A stretch of DNA of 19,148 bases, from the IMG/VR virus record IMGVR_UViG_2531839179_000028; one strand, given 5' to 3'. Positions 1 to 7,466 of this stretch are shown in pieces; position 1 is the first letter of the stretch; each line of letters begins with the position of its first letter. Under the pieces are notes generated by a model. It had not been told where the DNA came from and ran no database searches. It saw only the letters and a list, made by a program, of their open reading frames with translations. A program made the position numbers and the translations under genes. Source of the stretch: a virus. Lineage: Duplodnaviria > Heunggongvirae > Uroviricota > Caudoviricetes.

Positions 1-90
1 TTGCCTCCCCCCCGTTGATGGGTAAAATAGCCGCAATTTTTCGTTTTCAACAAGCGCGGCGCGATGCCGCTTACTCAAGAAGAAAGAATT

Positions 91-165
91 ATGACGTTGT
101 CTCCTTATTTGCAAGAGGTGGCGAAGCGCCGCACTTTTGCTATTATTTCTCACCCCAATAATTAA
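91..165 (+). pseudogene. prfC: Truncated 5' fragment of the peptide chain release factor 3 gene (prfC'), host side of the prophage junction
   Basis: ATG at 91 translates to [22 protein letters not shown], which matches my recollection of the RF3 N-terminus up to the start of the GTPase P-loop. The frame then diverges to NN-stop at 163-165 and AT-rich phage-like DNA follows. The integrase gene starts 220 bp downstream. Confidence 0.55.
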
Positions 166-319
166 GCCCAATTTAAAGCTCTTTTATTCTTTCAAAATCC
201 TTTCAGTTAATTGAGGTTGAGTCATATAACTCATTTAAATACATTTGGTTATATGGCTTCTTTAATTGAAAATTCTTTCATGTAGCTTTAAATCGATCAG
301 GTTGCTTTCATCAAAAATC

Positions 320-376
320 TGTACATATGCTTGTACATAATGTACAAAGCAGCAGAGGTGTTTTGCGATTTGTACA
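320..376. repeat. Four copies of the palindromic hexamer TGTACA clustered just upstream of the integrase start
   Basis: TGTACA occurs at 320-325, 332-337, 341-346 and 371-376, within 66 bp of the int ATG at 386. GTACA-type half-sites also occur in the operator-like inverted repeats flanking cI. Confidence 0.5.
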
Positions 377-385
377 AGGTGAGTA

Positions 386-1609
386 ATGGCGCTGTCTGAT
401 GCGTGGTTGCGTTCAGTCGTTGGAAAGGAACGTGATAAGGTTTTGGTTAAATCCGATCGTGATGGTCTGTCTGTCAGAGTATCACCGAAAGGTCGCGTAG
501 TGTTCCAATATCGTTATCAATGGGCAGGGAAAGGTGAGCGTCTTGATATCGGAACTTACCCGGCAACTGGATTAAAAGAGGCCAGAGAAGAAGTTATTCG
601 TCTCCGTGGTGAACTTGAGTCAAACCGTAATCCACGATTTGTCAAGCAGGCTGAAAAACGAAAAGCTACTGAAGCCATGACGGTAGAGTCTGTGATCCGT
701 GCCTGGTATGAAGCATATTGTGTAAAAAATAAAAAAGGTTCTGAACAGATACTCCGCTCGTTTGAGCTGCACCTGTTCTCTAAAATCGGGAATATCCCTC
801 ACGATGCAGCTACATTGCATGATTGGTTAGAAGTCCTGGAGCCTCTTAGCACTAAGACTCCAGCAATAGCAGACCGATTGCTAATTAACGCAAAGCAGGC
901 CCATGTCTGGGCGTATAAGAGAAAGCTCATTGAAACTCGCCCGCTGTCGGATATCACGGGTAAAGATATGGATATCCGTAAAGGTCAGAAGAAACGGTTT
1001 CTGACACATGATGAAATTAAAATCCTTTATGCTGCGATCGATGGTTCTCGAATGGTTCCTAAATACCGGGCCTTCATTAAGCTATTGCTGCATTTTGGCT
1101 GCCGTAGTTCAGAGCTAATTACTGCCAGGGTGGACGATTTTGATTTCATTAATAAGGTATGGACTGTACCACCAGAACGACATAAGACTGGGGAGATAAC
1201 AGGCGAACCGCTAAAGAGGCCCATTATTGAACCGGTGGAGGAGCTTATAAAGAACGCTATCTCTATGAACAATGGTTCCGATATGCTTTTTACTAAGGAA
1301 GGAAGCAGGGAACCCGTTGGTCGAACATCATTGCAGTCGCTGCCTTACAATTTAATGCAGTACGCATGGCGGCGTTTGGGGTATCAATTCCCTCATTGGT
1401 CTCTTCATGATTTGAGGCGAACAGCACGAACAAACTTTTCTGATCTTACTGCTCCTCATATTGCAGAAATAATGCTCGGCCATAAACTGCCAGGGGTTTG
1501 GCAGGTTTATGACAAGAGCGATTATCTAGAAGAACAGCGTAAAGCCTACCAGGCGTGGTGGGAGAGGGTTGAATCGATCATTACTTGTGCTAGCTCAGAC
1601 CCCAACTGA
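386..1609 (+). CDS. int: Tyrosine-type site-specific recombinase (phage integrase)
   Basis: 407-aa ORF immediately downstream of the att junction. The C-terminal region carries the catalytic-domain hallmarks HDLRRT, HIAEIMLGH and the tyrosine in VYDKSDY. The basic N-terminus is typical of arm-binding domains in P4-like integrases. Confidence 0.9.
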   Translation: MALSDAWLRSVVGKERDKVLVKSDRDGLSVRVSPKGRVVFQYRYQWAGKGERLDIGTYPATGLKEAREEVIRLRGELESNRNPRFVKQAEKRKATEAMTVESVIRAWYEAYCVKNKKGSEQILRSFELHLFSKIGNIPHDAATLHDWLEVLEPLSTKTPAIADRLLINAKQAHVWAYKRKLIETRPLSDITGKDMDIRKGQKKRFLTHDEIKILYAAIDGSRMVPKYRAFIKLLLHFGCRSSELITARVDDFDFINKVWTVPPERHKTGEITGEPLKRPIIEPVEELIKNAISMNNGSDMLFTKEGSREPVGRTSLQSLPYNLMQYAWRRLGYQFPHWSLHDLRRTARTNFSDLTAPHIAEIMLGHKLPGVWQVYDKSDYLEEQRKAYQAWWERVESIITCASSDPN

Positions 1610-1763
1610 TAGTCTGTTTTGTCGGAATACTTACAATTTCTCATTCAAGTTAGTTAAGTGGTATTTTACAAATGGAGACAATGTAATGTCTGGTCAAAAT
1701 AACAGCGACGAGATTTGCAATTGATTAGTGGCAGGTTTGGTTCTAATAACATAGGAGTTATTG

Positions 1764-2579
1764 ATGCAGAGCGAGATAATCACGCAGAAAAATGGGAAAG
1801 GTATATTTGATCGAAAGGCTTGGTTAACAGAGTCTAAAAAACTGTATTTATCTGCGAAGCTGTTGAGAAGTGAAGGTGAGCGAAACAAAAAATTGCTTCG
1901 GGCAGCAAGTAAGAAATCTCCTATTGTTCATGAATACATCGATATCGCATCGGCAACTGATCAAACTAGCAGACTTATGTTGGGGTATGCTTTTGAAATG
2001 TTGTTAAAGTCAGCGATTCTTCTAATGAATCTCGGTGCGAGAAAAAAAGCTATTGAAAATGAGTTTTGTAATTATGGGCATAAACTTGATTGTATGGCTG
2101 TTGATTTAGGTTTGCCATTAACCGTTGACGAACTGAAGTTATTGAAAGTTGCGTCTCGAGATATAGTTTTAAATGCTCGATATCCTATTGGAATAGTGGA
2201 TGATAATAAATATATAACAGAGTTGAATGAAAGAAATATTCAGTTGGCAGATGAGAATATTTTTAGGGATATGGTCAGTCTGTATGACAAAATAAAAAGT
2301 ATAGTTGCTAAGTTTGATAATGATGTAGCGAATTGTGCAAATTTCAATATGCTTAGATTGAGTGAGTTTACTCTCTTTATGCGGAATGGTGGTGGACTAT
2401 CATCAAGAGCAATAGTTATCTTTTCGGATAAATTTCCAGAAGTCAGTAAACGCAAGTCATATTTAAAAAAAGCTATCGAAGAACATGCAGGCAAAGTGGC
2501 TTTTTTATATACTTACCGCTGGTCTTCGTTTTCATTCTTTGAAGACACAGGTAAAAAACTTATCCCGCTTGTGGAGTAG
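1764..2579 (+). CDS. Hypothetical protein, AT-rich orphan cargo gene in the integrase-proximal accessory slot
   Basis: 271-aa ORF with AGGAG (1754-1758) 5 nt upstream of ATG 1764 (a TTG at 1761 is also in frame). Codon usage is markedly AT-rich compared with the flanking integrase and early-operon genes. It is convergent with the AlpA-like gene, with a hairpin between them. I recognise no domain. Confidence 0.6.
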   Translation: MQSEIITQKNGKGIFDRKAWLTESKKLYLSAKLLRSEGERNKKLLRAASKKSPIVHEYIDIASATDQTSRLMLGYAFEMLLKSAILLMNLGARKKAIENEFCNYGHKLDCMAVDLGLPLTVDELKLLKVASRDIVLNARYPIGIVDDNKYITELNERNIQLADENIFRDMVSLYDKIKSIVAKFDNDVANCANFNMLRLSEFTLFMRNGGGLSSRAIVIFSDKFPEVSKRKSYLKKAIEEHAGKVAFLYTYRWSSFSFFEDTGKKLIPLVE

Positions 2580-2637
2580 TACAGATGAGCTGTGTCCCGT
2601 TGATTATTTTATACTTATGTTAGTAGTATCTTCTTTT

Positions 2638-2677
2638 GGCACAGAGCAGGTAGTTAGATTAGGTTTGACTCTGTGCC
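2638..2677. other. Hairpin between convergent genes (9-bp perfect stem GGCACAGAG/CTCTGTGCC, 22-nt loop); possible transcript 3'-end structure
   Basis: Perfect inverted repeat 2638-2646 / 2669-2677 in the intergenic space between the cargo gene (+) and the AlpA-like gene (-). No U-tract follows on either strand, so it is not a canonical intrinsic terminator. Confidence 0.3.
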
Positions 2678-2714
2678 ATAGTGGTGTGTCAGCTTACATC
2701 TGATCTAAGGCATA

Positions 2715-2909
2715 TTACTCAATGACTCCTGCAAACCTGTAAATCTTTTGTGATGCCCATTTATTTGGGCAGGATTTAATATCAGGATCTGGAAAGTCTG
2801 GTCTGTATTTCTTGCCAGTTCTCCGGTTTACGCTGTTCCAGCGAAGCACCGTCGATATTGAAACGCCACAGAATTCGGCGACTTGTTTTGTTGTCATTAA
2901 GTTGTTCAT
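2715..2909 (-). CDS. AlpA/excisionase-like small DNA-binding protein (putative Xis or transcriptional regulator)
   Basis: 64-aa protein with a helix-turn-helix-like segment TTKQVAEFCGVSISTVLRW typical of phage Xis/AlpA (MerR-like HTH) proteins. It is the last gene of the leftward early operon pointing toward int, and its start overlaps the stop of the upstream gene at 2909. Confidence 0.6.
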   Translation of the reverse strand: MNNLMTTKQVAEFCGVSISTVLRWNSVNRRTGKKYRPDFPDPDIKSCPNKWASQKIYRFAGVIE

Positions 2910-3520
2910 TAATTTACCTCCTGCGGCGGCTCCGGTAGCGGTATCCAGTGGGTTACATTGCGGCTCTGCGTTTCGAAGAACTCCTCACCATTGCGGACAA
3001 CATCAAAAAACTCACCGTCTCGATATTGCGCATAAAGAACGAATGCGCCATCACATAAAATAATTACGTGCTGACCGTCCTCTGGCATTCGCTCACTACA
3101 GCTTATCCAACCATCCGGAGTTACAGGAGGGTTGCCCGACAGCTTGTTCAACTTGTAAGTCTGGCTTACAGGTTCGGCACCATGAAGCATGACGGCGCGG
3201 CAGGCGTTCCAGCCTTCATCAAAGCCGACTATGCCATTATTTAAAGACGGAAGAGCATCCGGCACCACCGACACTGGCTGAGCCATATATAGCGGCTGAA
3301 CATACCAGCCCTTTGATAACCAACTGTCAGCAATGTTTTTGCTCCTGGTTATTGCCGGAATACCTAAGCCATTGTCTGAATGAAGCCACGCCACCGGCTC
3401 TGCTTCCAGTGATGCCAGAGCAATTTCATAAGCACGGCGCTCAACATTGTCTCGCACGTCTAAGCTGCCGATTCGTTCTTTGATTTCTTTAATCAGTTCC
3501 TTATCGGTGAAAGTGGTCAT
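2909..3520 (-). CDS. Phage early protein with a C-terminal DUF551-like domain
   Basis: 203-aa ORF whose C-terminus (…GQHVIILCDG…VTHWIPLPEPP) matches the DUF551 signature common in early-left operons of enterobacterial prophages. It is translationally coupled to its neighbours on both sides. Confidence 0.6.
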   Translation of the reverse strand: MTTFTDKELIKEIKERIGSLDVRDNVERRAYEIALASLEAEPVAWLHSDNGLGIPAITRSKNIADSWLSKGWYVQPLYMAQPVSVVPDALPSLNNGIVGFDEGWNACRAVMLHGAEPVSQTYKLNKLSGNPPVTPDGWISCSERMPEDGQHVIILCDGAFVLYAQYRDGEFFDVVRNGEEFFETQSRNVTHWIPLPEPPQEVN

Positions 3521-3882
3521 TATGCTCCAGCCTCCGGTGCTTTTGGCATTACTGCCCAGTGAGTGATATTGACGTTTTCAAGGTCCCCGACCTGAAATGT
3601 CCACTGCCATTCTCCGGTTTCTTTTTGTCCCCAGGTGTACCAGAGAGAACGCCAGCCAATTAGCCAGCCTTCTCCGTTAGCATCGAATAACAAAACACTT
3701 TCATTTGCTGGTGGCAGTTCAGTTGACACTGGTATTACTTTGTTTTCCTGTGCTGCACATTTAGCTTCAAGCGCATCGAATTTACGCACCAGGTATTCAG
3801 CATCTGTTTCATTTACTTTCAGATCTCGCGGTACACATCTCCCACGAAGAAACCCTTCCATTTCGAAAACATTCATGCGCAT
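3520..3882 (-). CDS. DUF551-like phage protein (YfdS-like)
   Basis: 120-aa ORF with a C-terminal …VNITHWAVMPKAPE motif (DUF551-like). It overlaps the upstream gene by 10 nt and sits in the same position as yfdS in CPS-53-type prophages (from memory). Confidence 0.55.
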   Translation of the reverse strand: MRMNVFEMEGFLRGRCVPRDLKVNETDAEYLVRKFDALEAKCAAQENKVIPVSTELPPANESVLLFDANGEGWLIGWRSLWYTWGQKETGEWQWTFQVGDLENVNITHWAVMPKAPEAGA

Positions 3883-4436
3883 TTGCGTAACTCCGATAAC
3901 TCGTTAAAGCGTTCCATAAACATCCCGTAGGCATGGCCCGGTGCCAGTGGAATCACGTTGAACATCTCTGTTGCCGGGATACCTTCCAGTACAGGCCAGA
4001 AAGAGCCATCATCAAGCCCGAGATCGCGGCGTTCGGTTGCCAGCATGATGAGATCGGCATATTTCACGGGCGTACTCATAACTGGGGGTAACCCGTATTT
4101 CTCACGGATTACGGCGTCTATTTTTTCTTCCATTTGTTTATAGTCAGGAAGAAGGCGTTTCAGTGGTGCGGGAATGTCCTGGCAATACGCTTCTGTTGCA
4201 TCATGCATTAACGCTTCAAAAGCAAATTCCTGCGGCACCAGCTGGCTGCAAAGAACCGCATGTTGGGCGACGCTGTAGAAGTGCGAAAGATGACCGGCAA
4301 AGCGACAGATATTTGAAAGGGAAACCGCGATATCGTTAATATCGATGTCGTCTTTATTTATCCTGTCATAATAAAAATGCTTCCCGGAAAAAGTTTTAAT
4401 AAATGACATTTTGTTCTCCACGTATATGCGCTGCAC
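3873..4436 (-). CDS. HD-domain phosphohydrolase (YfdR-like)
   Basis: 187-aa ORF with an H…HD metal-binding pattern (…SVAQHAVLCSQ…ALMHDATEAYCQD…) characteristic of HD-superfamily hydrolases. Its position matches yfdR of CPS-53-like prophages (from memory). Confidence 0.65.
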   Translation of the reverse strand: MQRIYVENKMSFIKTFSGKHFYYDRINKDDIDINDIAVSLSNICRFAGHLSHFYSVAQHAVLCSQLVPQEFAFEALMHDATEAYCQDIPAPLKRLLPDYKQMEEKIDAVIREKYGLPPVMSTPVKYADLIMLATERRDLGLDDGSFWPVLEGIPATEMFNVIPLAPGHAYGMFMERFNELSELRKCA

Positions 4437-4536
4437 CGCGCTGAATTCTGGTAAAAAGAATCCCTCACCATCCGGCGATTATTGAGTAAATTACGTTTCC
4501 ATAAATGCCCCCGCAGGGGCATTTGCAGTAATGAAA

Positions 4537-5361
4537 TCAGGCGGTGAAAGTACCAATAAAGGTTTCTACTTTGCTGTCCTTGAATTTCTCAACAAGCAGA
4601 TCACGAAATTCGTTAGCCATTTCTTCCTGCACCGCCTCCAGCTGAATAATGCGCAGAACCAGTACAGGACGATCGCCAGTGATAATACTGAGGCGTAATT
4701 TAAACGGACGTTCTTTCAGACCTTCAAACGGAACGCATTTAAATTCAAATGCCACTGGCATAATGTCTTTGGTCTTCGCTTCGACAGACTCCATCAGGGA
4801 GCGTTTGCCGCTGAAGTCATTATCTTCAAAATCAGCGGTCTGGTTTGCTTCAATCGTGATTTTACGGACAGCCGCAGCCGCTTTTGTTGCCTGAATAGCG
4901 TCACCATTAGCATCAAAGCCCACAAGATAGTCTGCCCAGTCTTCAATCCATTCTGCTAGTGACTTCTGGGAGTTACGCTCGCCGTTAATAGACAACAGAG
5001 CAGAGAACGGTGCTGTCTTTTTCAGTTTGAGTGTGGCGGTGTTATCTGCGTGACCTGGTTCATCAATAGTACCCAGGTTAAGCACACTGACGGCTCGCAT
5101 ATTATCGGCATCGATAAAGCAGCGGGTGCCTTCATCTGCAAGATCTTTAGAATAACGGGTAAAGTCATCGATGCTGGCAGTGGAAAGCGCACCACGGAAA
5201 CGGAAGCGATTTAAATTAAATTTTTCCAGATCATGAATGCGGAAATTCTCAGGCAATGCCACAGCATCGGCACCAATCTTACTGATAATTTCATTAACAC
5301 CCTGAGCAGAAATAAGGGCATGGATTTGATTAATTGCGGTTGCGTCTAAGTTCTGAGACAT
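4537..5361 (-). CDS. DUF2303-family phage protein (YfdQ-like)
   Basis: 274-aa ORF, the same length as yfdQ and with N-terminal similarity to it as I recall ([21 protein letters not shown]…). The start is preceded by an RBS-like GGAG. Confidence 0.6.
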   Translation of the reverse strand: MSQNLDATAINQIHALISAQGVNEIISKIGADAVALPENFRIHDLEKFNLNRFRFRGALSTASIDDFTRYSKDLADEGTRCFIDADNMRAVSVLNLGTIDEPGHADNTATLKLKKTAPFSALLSINGERNSQKSLAEWIEDWADYLVGFDANGDAIQATKAAAAVRKITIEANQTADFEDNDFSGKRSLMESVEAKTKDIMPVAFEFKCVPFEGLKERPFKLRLSIITGDRPVLVLRIIQLEAVQEEMANEFRDLLVEKFKDSKVETFIGTFTA

Positions 5362-5426
5362 AATAAGTCCTCACTATATAAAGATATTCAGTGATGAGAT
5401 AAATAATCGGTTAATTAAGAACGATA

Positions 5427-5789
5427 TTAATGACCTGCTGCGCGGAGTTTTCCGTCAGGTTCACCGGCAAGAGTCAGTAATTGTCCCTGATCTTCCTGCA
5501 GAATAGTCAGGCGACCACCGCGATTGACATACATCGGCGTTTCGGTGGTGTCTTCTTCGGAAATTTTCCCGCGGTTAGTCGGGCGAACATATGAGAGTTT
5601 GTGTTTGATTTTCACACGGTTCTCATCAAATGGTTCGATTTCCAGGTTGAGTGAGACCTTACCTTTGGTTTTCGTGTTCATCACACCGGAAGCGACTTCA
5701 CTGAGAACTGCGCCGATTTTGGTTTCAAATACGCCGCCGTCCAGCTCCCCAATAAATGCCTGCACATCAGTACTGCGTTCGCTAGCCAT
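5427..5789 (-). CDS. Small hypothetical phage protein, first gene of the leftward early operon (YfdP-like)
   Basis: 120-aa product starting MASERSTDVQAF…. The ATG at 5787-5789 has AGGAG (complement of 5797-5801) 7 nt upstream. The longer 197-aa ORF version extends in frame into a GC-rich structured leader with implausible composition and no RBS. Confidence 0.55.
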   Translation of the reverse strand: MASERSTDVQAFIGELDGGVFETKIGAVLSEVASGVMNTKTKGKVSLNLEIEPFDENRVKIKHKLSYVRPTNRGKISEEDTTETPMYVNRGGRLTILQEDQGQLLTLAGEPDGKLRAAGH

Positions 5790-5837
5790 TTTTCTGCTCC
5801 TAATCATATCGACCCTGCAAGGTCGGTTGGTTTCTCC

Positions 5838-5972
5838 ACAAAACAGAGAAGAACACCTGCGGTGGCAGCCGCCCGGATGGATTGGGTTATGAGCCCGTCG
5901 TCCGGTGATGCTCTTCTCTGTTTTGTAAAAAGAGCGGTACCAGCCGGAAGCAAGTGTACAAACTGGTACCGC
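5838..5972 (-). other. Highly structured GC-rich leader: 15-bp perfect inverted repeat (5838-5852 / 5912-5926, 59-nt loop with a nested CCGGA/TCCGG stem) followed by a 10-bp perfect inverted repeat (5934-5943 / 5963-5972)
   Basis: The inverted repeats are read directly from the sequence. They lie in the ~600-nt untranslated stretch between the pL-like promoter (~6390-6418) and the first early-left gene, and I find no convincing ORF with an RBS there. Confidence 0.5.
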
Positions 5973-6384
5973 CAAAGCAGTGGCTGTTGTGGTGGGGTTG
6001 TCACTCAGGCGTATGGTCAACCTGACAATCCGGTGTCCTCAACGGGGAAAGAGTAACCCCGCCATACTTACCGCCGCGCCATTTCGCGGATTACCACAAC
6101 GCTGAGAGCACTTAGCCAGTTACGGCACCACACTTTGTCGCGGTTCCATAAATGCCCTCATCGTTGCACCCTGGTCTCTTCCCAGGCGTCAAACCGAATC
6201 GCCACGCTGGTTAGGCGTCTTATCAGCATCATCATTGACTTGCACATTCCGGCTACCTGGTTTGTTTGCTCGAGCAAGGAGTGGATTGTCCCCTTTAACG
6301 TCACCAGACCGCTAACGACGCATGTGCCATACGCCGTGTTACAACCAAATTTTGTTTTAATCTTGCCTGTGTTATGTTTCTTTT

Positions 6385-6418
6385 AGATACATTATGTATC
6401 TCATGGGTACATTGTCAA
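6385..6418 (-). promoter_or_regulatory. pL-like leftward early promoter with an overlapping 17-bp perfect palindromic operator (AGATACATTATGTATCT, 6385-6401)
   Basis: On the minus strand: -35 TTGACA (complement of 6413-6418), 17-nt spacer, -10 ATAATG (complement of 6390-6395). The perfect palindrome overlaps the -10 element. It lies immediately downstream of the cI terminator. Confidence 0.45.
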
Positions 6419-6422
6419 GCAT

Positions 6423-6443
6423 AAAAAAACCTGCCGAAGCAGG
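6423..6443 (-). terminator. Intrinsic terminator downstream of cI
   Basis: On the minus strand a CCTGC-TTCG-GCAGG hairpin (6430-6443) is followed by a 7-nt U-run (complement of 6423-6429), 15 nt after the cI stop. Confidence 0.6.
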
Positions 6444-6457
6444 TTCATAAATATTGA

Positions 6458-7132
6458 TTAGGCCTTTATTGTGTATCTTCTTGGTTTTCCCGAGAAAATC
6501 ACTGTACCAATTATAGAGCAATTACCGTTAATCTTAATGTAAGGCTCAGGCCAGTTTGGGTTTAATGCTTTGAGATAACGCTGTGTTCCATCTTCTATCA
6601 ACCGCTTGAAGGTGGTTTCGCCTGAATCGTGCATCAATGCAATAACGTCGTCACCGTGGCAGGCAGGGACTTCAGGATCTACAAAAATCATGTCTCCCGG
6701 GCGGTACTCATCAATCATTGAATCACCAATCACCCGCAAGATATAAGTCATTTCGCCACAGGGTACAGGGCAGGGATAAGTTTCTGCTGTGCTCAAATCA
6801 ACCTCAGAATAGCCAACTTCTTTCCATGCTCCGGCCTGTACCCATGATATGACAGGGACTAACGTTATTTGTTTGTTAGTAATTGAAACATCAGGTTTTT
6901 TTGTGATGTTTGTTGTCTGGTGTTCTTGATCAAGCCATCCGACAGGCAGGTCGAAACATTTTTCGATGTGCCGTGCCATGCTGTCACCGATATTTTTAGT
7001 AGCACCATCTCCCATAAACCTGCTGGTCTGGGTTGGCTCGCGATCAATCATGGTGGCAAAGGAAGAATTCCCGCCAACACCATCTCTCAGTTTTCTGGCG
7101 TTAGACCGCCGGATGTCATGGACTGTTTTCAT
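6458..7132 (-). CDS. cI: CI-like prophage repressor (N-terminal HTH, C-terminal S24 LexA-type autopeptidase)
   Basis: 224 aa. It has an Ala-Gly cleavage site (VQAGAW), the catalytic Ser in VIGDSM and Lys in TFKRL of S24 peptidases, and a basic N-terminal DNA-binding region. It is divergent from the cro-like gene across an operator-containing intergenic region. Confidence 0.85.
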   Translation of the reverse strand: MKTVHDIRRSNARKLRDGVGGNSSFATMIDREPTQTSRFMGDGATKNIGDSMARHIEKCFDLPVGWLDQEHQTTNITKKPDVSITNKQITLVPVISWVQAGAWKEVGYSEVDLSTAETYPCPVPCGEMTYILRVIGDSMIDEYRPGDMIFVDPEVPACHGDDVIALMHDSGETTFKRLIEDGTQRYLKALNPNWPEPYIKINGNCSIIGTVIFSGKPRRYTIKA

Positions 7133-7148
7133 AACGAAATTAAAACCT

Positions 7149-7220
7149 TTGTACCGATAGGGTACAAGTATCTTGAAGGTTCATCTCAATCATGTAATAT
7201 GTATATCGGAGGTACATATT
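7149..7220. promoter_or_regulatory. Immunity switch region (oR/pR/pRM-like) with two inverted repeats
   Basis: TTGTACC-N5-GGTACAA lies at 7149-7167 and AATATGTA-N9-TACATATT at 7196-7220. A rightward promoter candidate is -35 TTGAAG (7173-7178), 16-nt spacer, -10 TAATAT (7195-7200), followed by GGAGG (7208-7212) and the cro-like ATG at 7223. Confidence 0.45.
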
Positions 7221-7222
7221 GT

Positions 7223-7423
7223 ATGAAAGCGTATTGGGACTCTTTAACCAAAGAACAGCAGGGCGAGTTGGCCGGAAAAGTTGGCTCAACACCAGGCTAT
7301 TTACGGCTGGTTTTCAATGGTTATAAAAAAGCCAGTTTTGTGCTGGCTAAAAAACTTGAGCAATGCACGTCAGGTGCAATTACGAAATCTGACTTAAGAC
7401 CGGATATCTATCCGAAAGATTAA
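7223..7423 (+). CDS. Cro/YdaS-family HTH regulator
   Basis: 66 aa (MKAYWDSLTKEQQGELAGKVGSTPGYLRLV…ITKSDLRPDIYPKD). The HTH plus C-terminal DLRPD motif is typical of YdaS-like Cro proteins. GGAGG RBS sits 10 nt upstream. The long 167-aa ORF in the track is an antisense-to-cI extension. Confidence 0.7.
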   Translation: MKAYWDSLTKEQQGELAGKVGSTPGYLRLVFNGYKKASFVLAKKLEQCTSGAITKSDLRPDIYPKD

Positions 7424-7466
7424 CAGAACACCTTCAATTTTTAACCACAGAACGATGAGGCTAACC

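Noticed and set aside
5427-6020. 197-aa extended version of the first early-left ORF
   Set aside because: The N-terminal 77 codons have implausible Cys/His/Arg/Pro-rich composition, lie in the inverted-repeat-rich leader and lack an RBS. The internal ATG at 5789 has a good AGGAG RBS.
6135-6386. 83-aa plus-strand ORF in the leader region
   Set aside because: No RBS, opposite to the direction of transcription expected from the pL-like promoter, and odd amino-acid composition. Likely a chance ORF in GC-rich sequence.
6920-7423. 167-aa ORF in the track covering the cro-like gene
   Set aside because: Its 5' two-thirds are antisense to cI and cross the operator region. The real gene starts at ATG 7223 behind a GGAGG RBS.
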